64,000 bases of DNA from Pseudomonadota bacterium. Lineage in GTDB: Bacteria; UBA10199; 2-02-FULL-44-16; DYJF01. The stretch covers positions 93,643 to 157,642 of the forward strand of contig JBDRBB010000008.1 in NCBI GenBank assembly GCA_043823065.1, in the 5' to 3' direction. Within the stretch, counting starts at the first letter, position 1. Every line of letters begins with the position of its first letter. Shown piece after piece: positions 18,642 through 27,381 of the stretch. The notes under the pieces are model-generated. The model had not been told where the DNA came from. It worked only from the letters and a program-made list of their open reading frames with translations, and made no database searches. A program made the translations under genes and the position numbers.

Positions 18642-19772
18642 ATGAAAGTAAAAGATAGGAAATTCTTGTTCGTGTGTGGCATTGTTAGCCTGCTGGCGTT
18701 TGCAGCGTGTGGAGGTGGTTCTAGTGGTGGCGGCACAACAAGTGCGGCCTTTCCAACCAGTATGGGAGTTGATGTGAGCAGCGTTTCATCAGAAGATCTC
18801 CAGAACGTTAATTTTTCAGTGGCCAAGGCAGGCATACCTGACACAGGCACCATGTCCGCGCCCATAACTACGGCTACGAACATGGCAGATCTTGTTACCA
18901 AATTATCTGATCATATGTTTTCCGGAATTGCGGCTGCCTTAAATAGCCAGCTGACGTCAACTGCCACGCAAATAAGCGGCACTGTGTTTGGCGGCACCCT
19001 GAAAATGGATTTTTCAAACTACAATTATGATGTGGATGGAGATGGAGAAAATGATCCATGTTCTGGAACAGCATCAATAACTTCAACACAGTATACTTGT
19101 TTCAGGGCCTGGTTTAATGATAATCGCTTTATGATTGGATATCTTCAAACAGCGCCGACCGCTGACAATTCAGGCAGAGGCATAGTAATTGCGTCCCCTA
19201 CCTTAGTTGCTGATGCCACCCAGGTTGATGCGATTGGTATGGGCAATAATGTAATGACCTACCTCATGTGGGATAACACCGTGGCAGCAGAAAATACTTT
19301 TAACGGCTATATGTCAGGGCAGATGATGGAGGCCCCAGGTACAGGTACGCCAGTAGATCTCACCATTGGCAGAATTGCTGCTAGTTCTGATACAACAACA
19401 GATAAGATTACACTTAGAACAGCAGCCTACTTTGGTACACCGCAACCAGTAACAATCCCCAATGTTGGGGAAGTCGAGGTTGACCAAGTGTTCTTTAATT
19501 CACAATTTATTTCAACCGGCACCTATCTTTTGTTTGAAAATGATTTCCTCTTTCAAGGAGCTGAGGTTGCGGCTGCCCCGAATAACATCTGGTTTTGTGG
19601 TGTTATAGCAACTGGCAATCCGGCAGCTCCTGGAGAGCCTCAGGATACCAGGCTTTGCGAGGGAGAAGGGCTTAGTGCTACCGGCATTGAATATCCTTCG
19701 CTTGCGGCAACTGATGCCTCCAAGACCCAGTTCCCGAACACCACTGTATTTCCTGAAGCCCCGACGTTCTAG
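18642..19772 (+). CDS. Lipoprotein of unknown function with a Gly/Ser linker
   Basis: SD GGAGGGGG upstream. Signal peptide and lipobox LAFAACGGGSSGGG. Confidence 0.55.
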   Translation: MKVKDRKFLFVCGIVSLLAFAACGGGSSGGGTTSAAFPTSMGVDVSSVSSEDLQNVNFSVAKAGIPDTGTMSAPITTATNMADLVTKLSDHMFSGIAAALNSQLTSTATQISGTVFGGTLKMDFSNYNYDVDGDGENDPCSGTASITSTQYTCFRAWFNDNRFMIGYLQTAPTADNSGRGIVIASPTLVADATQVDAIGMGNNVMTYLMWDNTVAAENTFNGYMSGQMMEAPGTGTPVDLTIGRIAASSDTTTDKITLRTAAYFGTPQPVTIPNVGEVEVDQVFFNSQFISTGTYLLFENDFLFQGAEVAAAPNNIWFCGVIATGNPAAPGEPQDTRLCEGEGLSATGIEYPSLAATDASKTQFPNTTVFPEAPTF

Positions 19773-19793
19773 CTTTTCATAGTTATAACTTGG

Positions 19794-19848
19794 AATTCCA
19801 GGGATACGATACATATTCATCGTGTCCCTGGAATTTTTATTTTGTTTG
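19794..19848 (+). terminator. Rho-independent terminator (16-bp stem aattccagggatacga/tcgtgtccctggaatt plus a T-run)
   Basis: Seen directly, 22 nt after the 18642..19772 stop. Confidence 0.6.
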
Positions 19849-19960
19849 TCACCTTTGGAGAAATGTCCAGAGGAAAGTAGCTCAAGCACTTCAGAAATTC
19901 TGGGAACGGTATTGGCTTGTTCGGGTAGCTTTAAATGGTAATTCTGTTGACAGGTTGTCT
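19845..19960 (-). pseudogene. Decayed fragment of an alpha-glucan phosphorylase gene
   Basis: The minus-strand translation ...NTVPRISEVLELLSSGHFSKGDK aligns with resident GlgP ...NDPRIAEALSLLSSGHFSNGDK. About 75-80% nucleotide identity to 11645..11705 by eye. In-frame stops lie upstream and the similarity is lost downstream. Confidence 0.55.
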
Positions 19961-20058
19961 AGTCTCGGCCAGTATCTTATCAATACCTTGTATCCAAATG
20001 GTTGGTCGGAATTTTTTGGAGCATTGTACCGCTAGATGGTTAAAGAAGGTGAGTGTAT

Positions 20059-20700
20059 ATGGAAAACAGAAAAATTATAGGACTATCTGCTGTAATTGCT
20101 ATTGCTATTTGTTGCGTTGGTTGTGGCTCTGGTTCATCAGGTGGATCAGACGACAATGATCTGTCAGAAACACAGGCTGACGCTCTTTCTGGACAAATCG
20201 CGGATGCAGCGGTCAATGCCATGAATAGCGGCAATTTTGCCGCCATGGTGAGCAAAGCGCTTGCGGGCGAAGATCTTCCCAGTAAAATAGCCAAAACCAT
20301 CCAATGCAATGATGCTGGTTGCACGATCAATGTTCCGATTGACTACGGAGTTAACTGTACTGCGGGAGGTAGGATAGCGGTTACCGGGAGCATTACCGGA
20401 AGCACTAGCAGCAGCGGTACGGGGATTTTGCAGATTGGTGCCACAGAGACGATTACCGACTGGGAATGTATTAGTGGCTTTATCATCAATGGCGATCCTT
20501 ACATTTCCTTGAGCGGGACCTTTAGTTTTCTTAATGGTGCTCCATCTACCCAACAATCGCTTACCATCAGCGGTGGTTTTAAATGGGGAACAACAGCTGC
20601 AGAAAGTTGCCAAATACATCTCTCAACCAATTTTTATACCAGCGGCGGCGGAACAACCACAGGTACAATCTGTGGTTACACGGTTAATGAAAGTTTTTGA
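20059..20700 (+). CDS. Lipoprotein of unknown function with a Gly/Ser linker
   Basis: SD AAGGTGAG upstream. Sequence MENRKIIGLSAVIAIAICCVGCGSGSSGGSDD. Confidence 0.5.
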   Translation: MENRKIIGLSAVIAIAICCVGCGSGSSGGSDDNDLSETQADALSGQIADAAVNAMNSGNFAAMVSKALAGEDLPSKIAKTIQCNDAGCTINVPIDYGVNCTAGGRIAVTGSITGSTSSSGTGILQIGATETITDWECISGFIINGDPYISLSGTFSFLNGAPSTQQSLTISGGFKWGTTAAESCQIHLSTNFYTSGGGTTTGTICGYTVNESF

Positions 20701-20755
20701 GTTAAATCTTATAATATTTACTCCGTCTGACGAATTTAGAGCACTTGTGTTTCTT

Positions 20756-20812
20756 ATTAAGGGATCAAGTCTTGCGTTTCGTGTTTTGAATCTACTTATG
20801 AGTTTCTTGCGC
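20756..20812. repeat. Repeat A copy 2, extended by TATGAGTTTCTTGCG
   Basis: Immediately 3' of the AAA+ ATPase gene. The extension also occurs at 18487, next to copy 1. Confidence 0.6.
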
Positions 20813-20884
20813 CATTAGTTCTTTGCAAACTCAGAACTAGAGAACGGAGAACGAACGGAGAAGAACGGGTCAAGACAATGACCT

Positions 20885-22153
20885 TTACAGCGCCTTGCGC
20901 ATGAAGTCGATGTCTTCGGCCTCCACCCACGGCAAAAACCTTACGTGTCTGCCTTGATATGCAATTTCTTCAGACAAGTAATCGTTGAACACAAGCGCTT
21001 CTGGCGCATCTTCGTAAATATCGAGAAATTTTTTCATTCCATCCGGCACCTCAGCCCTTTTTATAGCTGATTTCACTTCGATGGGATATGGAACGCGGTT
21101 CTTGATGACAATAAAATCGACTTCATGTCCTTGTTTGGTTCGCCAAAATCTAAGTTCCATATTTGCTTTCAATTGGCGAATGAGATTCAGAGCAACAAAG
21201 CTTTCCTTCAAAAAACCCGCGTCCTTTCTTTTGTTGATAGAGCTAAAATCTTTCAACAAACTATTTCTAATACCGGTATCGAACAAAAATTGTTTCCGAG
21301 ATTTTTTGAGTTCGTTGCCAAGGTTTCGCGCAAAACTTGGCACGGTATGACACACATAAGTTTGCGACAGGATGTCGAGATATTTTTCAACGGTCGGTTT
21401 TGACATATCGATCTCGTTTGCGAGATTTGCCGATACAACGATTGATCCCTGTTGTTCAGCAAGGAGATACATCATATGATTAAAGGCACGCACATTCTCT
21501 TCTCTGACCATCCCTTTGATGTCGCGATTGATATACGTTGCGACTATTGTCTGTAATTCCTTTGGCGCCTCATCTTTGCTTGCCAGATTAACTAATCCAG
21601 GCATTGCACCTGTCACAAGAATATCCTCGTCCTTGAACCCTTGTTTTTGACGAAGCTCGGCAAGCGAAAGTGGAAAGATTCTGTTGAAAATAACTCTGCC
21701 TGCCATGCTTTCTTTCAAATGCGTGTGCAACTCAAGCGCAGAAGATCCCGAGGCAAAAATCTTAGGTTTTTTAATTCTGCTGTCGAAGATGGCTTTGAAA
21801 ACGTGGGAGATGTTTTTTAGGAGATAGAGTTCATCGATAAACACCACGTCGCCACTTGATATTATAGTATCGAATTGTTGTTTGTCTGTAGCGCCCAAAG
21901 ACAGGAGATTGTCCGGAATTTCAAGATCAAAAAATCGTGTCTTACGACCTTTCTTTTTTGCCGCTGTTTCCAGCTCTCGAAGTAGAAATGTTTTCCCGAC
22001 TTGCCTTGGACCCACAAGAACCGAGATCTTCGGATCATTGATTTGCGCTAATAACTCATTGAATATGTTGCGTTTTATCTTTATATAACTATTGTAAATC
22101 TTAACTTTACAATGGTCAAGAAAGTTTTTAACACTCCTTAAAATTGGGATCAT
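20885..22153 (-). CDS. AAA+ superfamily ATPase, COG1373 type (AAA_14 plus DUF4143)
   Basis: Walker A VLVGPRQVGKTFLL and Walker B-like VVFIDE. 422 aa, the typical size. Confidence 0.8.
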   Translation of the reverse strand: MIPILRSVKNFLDHCKVKIYNSYIKIKRNIFNELLAQINDPKISVLVGPRQVGKTFLLRELETAAKKKGRKTRFFDLEIPDNLLSLGATDKQQFDTIISSGDVVFIDELYLLKNISHVFKAIFDSRIKKPKIFASGSSALELHTHLKESMAGRVIFNRIFPLSLAELRQKQGFKDEDILVTGAMPGLVNLASKDEAPKELQTIVATYINRDIKGMVREENVRAFNHMMYLLAEQQGSIVVSANLANEIDMSKPTVEKYLDILSQTYVCHTVPSFARNLGNELKKSRKQFLFDTGIRNSLLKDFSSINKRKDAGFLKESFVALNLIRQLKANMELRFWRTKQGHEVDFIVIKNRVPYPIEVKSAIKRAEVPDGMKKFLDIYEDAPEALVFNDYLSEEIAYQGRHVRFLPWVEAEDIDFMRKAL

Positions 22154-22157
22154 TAAG

Positions 22158-22199
22158 ATTAAGGGGTCAAGTCTTGCGTTTCGCGTTTTGAATCTACTT
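22158..22199. repeat. Repeat A copy 3
   Basis: Abuts the ATPase start codon (ATG at 22151-22153). Two substitutions relative to copies 1 and 2. Confidence 0.6.
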
Positions 22200-22213
22200 T
22201 AAAAAATCATAAA

Positions 22214-22247
22214 CAAAAACCCCGCAAATGCTTGCGGGGTTTTGTTT
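22214..22247. terminator. GC-rich hairpin ccccgcaa/ttgcgggg flanked by T/A runs on both strands (terminator for tRNA-His)
   Basis: Seen directly, just 3' of the tRNA on the minus strand. Confidence 0.5.
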
Positions 22248-22251
22248 TCTG

Positions 22252-22327
22252 GGTGGCTAGAGGGATTTGAACCCTCGGCCTTCTGGGCCACAACCAGACG
22301 CTCTAACCAAGCTGAGCTATAGCCACC
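22252..22327 (-). tRNA. tRNA-His (anticodon GTG)
   Basis: Folds as a cloverleaf with an 8-bp acceptor stem including G-1:C73, which is the hallmark of tRNA-His. Anticodon loop TTGTGGC. T-arm GAGGGTTCAAATCCCTC. CCA is not encoded. Confidence 0.85.
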
Positions 22328-22335
22328 ATAAAAAC

Positions 22336-22821
22336 TTAGGCAATTTTCAAACTCTTCAAATACTCCTGAAACGGTTTGTAATATTCTTCAAATTTATCTG
22401 CTGGAAAACTGGCAGTCATGTTAATGGCCAAGCTATCTTTAAGTAAAGTTACTTGAACTTGTTTCACAATTTGTCCTGGTTGAATATTTGGAGCTGGGGC
22501 ATTAGGATTTTTTTGCTTCATCATTTCCGCCATGGCTGAAACATCCCAACTGCAAACCATCATTTTGCCACGCACACCAGAGATGGCAATGTCTTTTTCA
22601 TCCGAGATTTTTAGATCTTTAATGCCTCTTTTTTGGATGGATTCCTTAATCTTGCCAAAATAAGTGGCCAGATCAGATGCTTTTGGCAAATACTCTTTGG
22701 TTAAAATAATGTTGGGCTTGACGTTTGGATCTTGAGAAGGCAACGTCAAGGTCAACATGCCTTGTACTTGCCAGTCATCTGGGATGTTGGCAGTTAAACC
22801 TGATAAATTGATATTGGCCAT
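22336..22821 (-). CDS. DUF1795 / DcrB-like protein
   Basis: Start trimmed to MANINLSGL. Overall pattern similarity to DcrB-family proteins. Confidence 0.4.
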   Translation of the reverse strand: MANINLSGLTANIPDDWQVQGMLTLTLPSQDPNVKPNIILTKEYLPKASDLATYFGKIKESIQKRGIKDLKISDEKDIAISGVRGKMMVCSWDVSAMAEMMKQKNPNAPAPNIQPGQIVKQVQVTLLKDSLAINMTASFPADKFEEYYKPFQEYLKSLKIA

Positions 22822-22905
22822 AATAGTCCTCCAAGTTGAATTGGCCCAAATAGCTAGCATGTGGCGTCAACTAGATCAAGTATTTTAAGGGATTAGAGGT
22901 GAAAG

Positions 22906-23754
22906 ATGCGTTTAGATCTCTGGCTTAAGGAAAATAAAAAATTTTCACGTAAAAAGGCCAAACAGCTGATAGATGCTGGAAAAATATATATTAATGGTAA
23001 AAAAGTGCATATGGCTGGCTGGGAAGTGGGAGCTCAAGATAAGGTTGTGGTTAAACAGGTGCAATCCCCAAAGGGTGGATATGTAAAAGTTATCCATGAA
23101 GATCAGCATATTATAGTGGTGGATAAACCTGCAGGTTTGCTTTCTGTGCCAGATGGCCCTGAAGGACAAGAATCCATGCTGGCTTGGGTGCAAAAATATC
23201 TGCAGCGAAAATATGCTAAAAAAGGCGCGTTTGTTTATCCAGTGCATCGCTTAGATGCTGAAACCAGTGGAGTAATGGTTTTTGCCCTATCAAATGCAGG
23301 TAAAAAACTGGAAGATATATTCAAACAACATCAAATTAATCGGCGCTATTTGGCTATAGTTGAGGGACAACTCCTGCCAGAATCAGGGCGGTTCCAAGCT
23401 GATTTGGAAAAGGGCGATTTTAAAGGAGGCAAGAAAACTAAAGTTGCCAAATCTAGCACTGCTAAAAAAGCAGTCACAGATTATCAAGTCAAAGAATATT
23501 ATCAAAACGCCAGCTTGGTTGAACTCACCGTGCATACTGGTCGCACGCATCAAATTCGGGTGCATTTATCTGAGGCTGGTTTTCCCATTATTGGCGATAA
23601 AGTTTATGGGGGAAAGCAGACATTTGCGCGCCAGGCCTTGCATGCTCATGCCCTGGCTTTTAAACATCCGGTTTCTAATAAGAAATTAAAATTTGATTCA
23701 CCTCTGCCCAAAGATTTGGAAAAGCTGATAGATGAACTGCGGGTTAGCTGTTAA
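22906..23754 (+). CDS. rluD: RluA-family 23S rRNA pseudouridine synthase with an N-terminal S4 domain (RluD/RluC-like)
   Basis: Catalytic motif HRLDAETSGVMVFA. S4-like N-terminus. Confidence 0.85.
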   Translation: MRLDLWLKENKKFSRKKAKQLIDAGKIYINGKKVHMAGWEVGAQDKVVVKQVQSPKGGYVKVIHEDQHIIVVDKPAGLLSVPDGPEGQESMLAWVQKYLQRKYAKKGAFVYPVHRLDAETSGVMVFALSNAGKKLEDIFKQHQINRRYLAIVEGQLLPESGRFQADLEKGDFKGGKKTKVAKSSTAKKAVTDYQVKEYYQNASLVELTVHTGRTHQIRVHLSEAGFPIIGDKVYGGKQTFARQALHAHALAFKHPVSNKKLKFDSPLPKDLEKLIDELRVSC

Positions 23755-24880
23755 AGTGATTAATAATTTTGATTTGCGTGTCTTTTTCAATTCTATCGTG
23801 CTTGGTAGAAATAGTTATAATGTCACCGCGTTTAATGTTTGCTAAACAGGAATTAGCTGAACTAGTGTCACGATCCAGACGCATAATTTTTCTTAAACGT
23901 TTATTAGCGCATAAAATTAATTCTATTTTGCCTTTGGAAAACAAAGGAGAGCTGACAACACGCCATTTTGTTTCGTCGCTCGTTGTTCGTCGCTCGTCGT
24001 TTGTTTTTTTGATGATAAGATAGGCCATTTTTAGATAATCGTGTTTAATACCTAAGAGCTGATCAACTCTGCGAATAATATCCGGGCATTTCCATTCCAA
24101 ATAAAAATGACACCAGTCACGCTTGTTATGAGTTAGCATGGGGCAATTGCCCTGATGCAAACAAGGATTAACAATTTGATAGCCAGTTAGATTTTGTAAA
24201 ATCTGATCGCGCAATTCCATTAAGGGTCTGGTGGTTTTTTGCAAGGCTGGATCTAAAATAATTAAACAACCATCTGGGTTTAAGTTGTGTTCTAGCAAGT
24301 TTTGGCACAAGCGATATTGCTGTTTGCTGGTTTTGAGTTCATTTAAGACATTGGCTGCGATTATTAAATCAAAGCGCTCATTTATTCTGGTTTGATCAGA
24401 AATGGTTTGTTGCTTGGTGCGAAAAATATGCTTGGGATTTCCTAGTTGTTTAAAAAGCTGCTGGGCATCTTCTAGTATGCCGGCGTTTTGATCTAAGGCT
24501 GTAAGTTGAATTGGTGAATTGTTGAAAAAATAGGAACAAGCTAGGCAGGCTGTTCCTGGACCGGAGCCAAGGTCTAAGATTTTATTAACACGTCCATTTA
24601 AATTAGCTTCAGCCAAACATTTAAAGATTTTAGCAAAATTAGTTAAAGTAAAATAAAGTAAATATGCTGAACGAAACTCTTTTTTGTTGAAATAATTTTG
24701 AGGCATATTGCCACGTTCAACAGTAAAGGCATTAGAGAGAAGGGCTGCTCCTTGGGCAAAAAACATTAAGTCCTTATTGGTAAAGTGTGCCTTAGTGGAT
24801 TTTTGAAAACGTTGAGGCAGGTATTGGAGTTTGAGATATTGCAAAAGCTTTTGTTCAAAATGTGAGGGAATAAGATTCAT
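23744..24880 (-). CDS. SAM-dependent methyltransferase, Rsm22-like (COG5459)
   Basis: Motif I ILDLGSGPGTACLA. C-terminal Cys cluster CLHQGNCPMLTHNKRDWCHF. Confidence 0.5.
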   Translation of the reverse strand: MNLIPSHFEQKLLQYLKLQYLPQRFQKSTKAHFTNKDLMFFAQGAALLSNAFTVERGNMPQNYFNKKEFRSAYLLYFTLTNFAKIFKCLAEANLNGRVNKILDLGSGPGTACLACSYFFNNSPIQLTALDQNAGILEDAQQLFKQLGNPKHIFRTKQQTISDQTRINERFDLIIAANVLNELKTSKQQYRLCQNLLEHNLNPDGCLIILDPALQKTTRPLMELRDQILQNLTGYQIVNPCLHQGNCPMLTHNKRDWCHFYLEWKCPDIIRRVDQLLGIKHDYLKMAYLIIKKTNDERRTTSDETKWRVVSSPLFSKGKIELILCANKRLRKIMRLDRDTSSANSCLANIKRGDIITISTKHDRIEKDTQIKIINHFNS

Positions 24881-24904
24881 AGTAATTAATTATTGCTAAA
24901 GAAG

Positions 24905-24929
24905 AAAAAGGGGTGAAAACCCCTTTTTC
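24905..24929 (-). terminator. Terminator for tRNA-Leu (stem aaaaagggg/cccctttt)
   Basis: Hairpin plus T-run on the minus strand, 8 nt after the tRNA 3' end. Confidence 0.5.
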
Positions 24930-24936
24930 TTCTTTG

Positions 24937-25018
24937 TGCCCAGGGCGGGATTTGAACCCGCAAGGGTTACCCCATACGCCCCTCAAACGTACGTGTATGC
25001 CAATTCCACCACCTGGGC
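24937..25018 (-). tRNA. tRNA-Leu (anticodon GAG), long variable arm
   Basis: Acceptor GCCCAGG/CCTGGGC. Anticodon loop TTGAGGG. Variable arm TGGGGTAACCCTT. T-arm GCGGGTTCAAATCCCGC. Confidence 0.85.
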
Positions 25019-25035
25019 AGATGCTGCTACATTAG

Positions 25036-25060
25036 ATTCCCGCTTTCGCGGGAATGACAA
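25036..25060. repeat. REP-like hairpin, single-ended copy (minus-strand TTGTCATTCCCGCGAAAGCGGGAAT)
   Basis: Almost identical to 52299..52327. Lies between the secG stop and tRNA-Leu. Confidence 0.5.
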
Positions 25061-25408
25061 CTATTTTGAATCTTGCTTCTTGGGCTCATCTGCTTTTTTC
25101 TCTGTAGTTGTCGCAGGTACCGCTTCTTCAGTTGTCTGCTCCGCAGCTACTGGTGTTGTATCCATTACCGAAGTAATGGATTTAGTCCTGGCAATGTGGG
25201 CCAACCAAATTGAGGTTACCAAAAAAGTAAACGCAACAATTACGGTGAGCTTGTTTAAAAAAGTAGCTGGGCCGCGACTTCCAAAAACAGTTTGTGAACC
25301 ACCACCAAATACCGCGCCAATATCAGCTCCTTTGCCTGCTTGCAAAAGAATGGTGATGATTAAAAAAATGCAGATTACATAATGTAAACCTAATAAAATT
25401 GATTCCAT
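25061..25408 (-). CDS. secG: Preprotein translocase subunit SecG
   Basis: LLQAGKGADIGAVFGGGSQTVFGSRG pattern with two TM segments. Conserved tpiA-secG gene order. Confidence 0.8.
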   Translation of the reverse strand: MESILLGLHYVICIFLIITILLQAGKGADIGAVFGGGSQTVFGSRGPATFLNKLTVIVAFTFLVTSIWLAHIARTKSITSVMDTTPVAAEQTTEEAVPATTTEKKADEPKKQDSK

Positions 25409-25424
25409 AACTTAACCTTCTTTC

Positions 25425-26198
25425 TTAATTTTTTTCCACTGGCAAACTTCTGATAATATCTGAAAACTGAATTGGGTCTAAGCTGGCGCCGCCAACTAGG
25501 AGCCCGTCTATATCTGGCTGAGAAAGCAACTCTTTGCTGTTGGCTGGCTTGGCGCTGCCGCCATATAGAATTCGAACGCGATCAGAAACATCGCCGTCAT
25601 AATTTTTAGAAATCCAATTTCTAATCATAGAATGAACTTCGTTGGCTTGCGCAGAAGTTGCGGTTTTGCCTGTGCCAATGGCCCAAACTGGTTCATAGGC
25701 AATTACAAAATTCTCCACATCTTGCAGAGCAATGCTGGCTAAACCAATTTTAAGTTGTTTTTCGCAAACTTCCCAGGTTTGGTTGCTTTCGCGTTGCTCC
25801 AGGGTTTCGCCAATGCAAAGCATAGGTACAATGTCATTTCTTAAAGCAGCAACCACTTTTTTGCCAACCATTTCATTGGTTTCACCAAAGATATGGCGAC
25901 GTTCAGAATGGCCCAAAATTACGTATTCACAGCCCAAATCTTTAATAAAGCTGCCGGAAACTTCACCCGTAAAAGCGCCACTATCTTCAAAATAAATATT
26001 TTGGGCAGCTAGTTTGTATGGAGTATCAGCCATGGCCACGCCAGTGGAATAAAGCGCAGTAGTTGGTGGGGCAATCACAATTTCCACGTTTCCAGTGGCT
26101 TTAAGTTCATGACTAAAAGCAGTGATAAACTTCAAGGCTTCTGGAATAGTAAAATTCATTTTCCAATTTGCTGCAATCAGCGGGGTTCTCTTAGCCAT
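25425..26198 (-). CDS. tpiA: Triosephosphate isomerase
   Basis: Start trimmed to MAKRTPLIAANWKMN. Active-site signature AYEPVWAIGTGKTAT. Confidence 0.9.
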   Translation of the reverse strand: MAKRTPLIAANWKMNFTIPEALKFITAFSHELKATGNVEIVIAPPTTALYSTGVAMADTPYKLAAQNIYFEDSGAFTGEVSGSFIKDLGCEYVILGHSERRHIFGETNEMVGKKVVAALRNDIVPMLCIGETLEQRESNQTWEVCEKQLKIGLASIALQDVENFVIAYEPVWAIGTGKTATSAQANEVHSMIRNWISKNYDGDVSDRVRILYGGSAKPANSKELLSQPDIDGLLVGGASLDPIQFSDIIRSLPVEKN

Positions 26199-27381
26199 TT
26201 TTGCTCTCCAAAGCCTGAATGCCAGGCATTTCTTTGCCTTCCACAAATTCCAAAGAAGCGCCGCCACCAGTGGAAATATGGGTAATTTTATCAGCTACAC
26301 CTGCTTTGTTAACTGCAGATACAGAATCTCCACCGCCAATTATTGAAGTGGCAGGAGAAGCAGCCACAGCCTTGGCCAGGGCCATGGTGCCTTTGGCAAA
26401 GGCTGGAATTTCAAAAACTCCCATGGGGCCGTTCCAAAAAATAGTTTTTGCGCCATTCAAGCTTTTTTCAAATTGGGCAATTGTTTTGGGGCCAATATCT
26501 ACGCCCATCATATTGTCTGGAATATCGCCTTCCACAGTTTGAAACTTGGCATTTTCAGTAATTTCATTGGCAACGATATTGTCAACCGGTAGATGAATTG
26601 GAATGTCTCGGTTGGTAGCTCGTTCCAAAATCTTTTTTGCTGTATGTAACTTATCTTCTTCTAGAAGTGATTTACCAACTTCCTGACCTTTGGCTTTTAA
26701 GAAAGTATAGGCCATGCCGCCACCAATAATAAAAGAAGTAGCCAGAGTCATCAGGTTTTCAATAACCCCGATTTTATCTGAAACCTTGGCGCCGCCCAAT
26801 ATTACCACAAATGGCTTTTCAGGATTAGCTGTGACCTTGCTTAAGTTTTCAATTTCAGCTTTTAGCAAAAAGCCAGCGCCTTTTTCTGCGCAAAATTGAG
26901 CCATACCAAAAGTTGAAGCATGAGCCCGGTGGCAAGTGCCAAAAGCATCATTAATATAAACTTGAGCTAAAGAAGCTAGTTGTTTGGAAAAATTTTCATC
27001 ATTAGCGGTTTCTTCTTTATGAAAGCGTAAATTTTCCAAAAGCATCACTTGTCCAGGTTCTAAATCATGGGCTAGTTTTTTCACTGCATCGCCCACGCAA
27101 TCTTCAGGTAGTAATACATCTGTATTGCCCAAAAGTTCAGCTAAGCGCTGGCCAACTGGTTTCATGGAATATTTTGGATTAACTTCACCTTTGGGACGTC
27201 CCAGATGAGAAGCTAAAATAACTTTAGCTTTTTGATCCAAGGCATATTTAATAGTTGGCAAGGCTTTCTTGATTCTGGTGTCATCAGTGATTACTCCGTC
27301 TTTCATGGCCACATTAAAATCCACCCGAATGAAAACGCGTTTATCTTTAATATCTAGTTGGTCAATGTACTTTATAGTCAT
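26191..27381 (-). CDS. pgk: Phosphoglycerate kinase
   Basis: Start trimmed to MTIKY... (ATGA overlap with the gap stop). RVDFNVP-type N-terminus. GGGASLEF near the C-terminus. Confidence 0.92.
   Translation of the reverse strand: MTIKYIDQLDIKDKRVFIRVDFNVAMKDGVITDDTRIKKALPTIKYALDQKAKVILASHLGRPKGEVNPKYSMKPVGQRLAELLGNTDVLLPEDCVGDAVKKLAHDLEPGQVMLLENLRFHKEETANDENFSKQLASLAQVYINDAFGTCHRAHASTFGMAQFCAEKGAGFLLKAEIENLSKVTANPEKPFVVILGGAKVSDKIGVIENLMTLATSFIIGGGMAYTFLKAKGQEVGKSLLEEDKLHTAKKILERATNRDIPIHLPVDNIVANEITENAKFQTVEGDIPDNMMGVDIGPKTIAQFEKSLNGAKTIFWNGPMGVFEIPAFAKGTMALAKAVAASPATSIIGGGDSVSAVNKAGVADKITHISTGGGASLEFVEGKEMPGIQALESKNG

Noticed and set aside
19512-19889. Track ORF (125 aa, minus strand) as a real gene
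   Set aside because: It uses a non-ATG start, reads straight through the terminator hairpin, and only its first about 15 codons resemble anything (glgP). It is better explained as the phosphorylase fragment plus random open frame.
18369-22199. Checked whether the repeat A copies form a CRISPR array
   Set aside because: There are only three copies, spaced 1.4-2.4 kb apart, with whole genes between them. There are no short regular spacers and no cas genes.
24936-25382. Plus-strand 148-aa track ORF
   Set aside because: It spans tRNA-Leu and the REP hairpin and runs antisense to secG. It is spurious.
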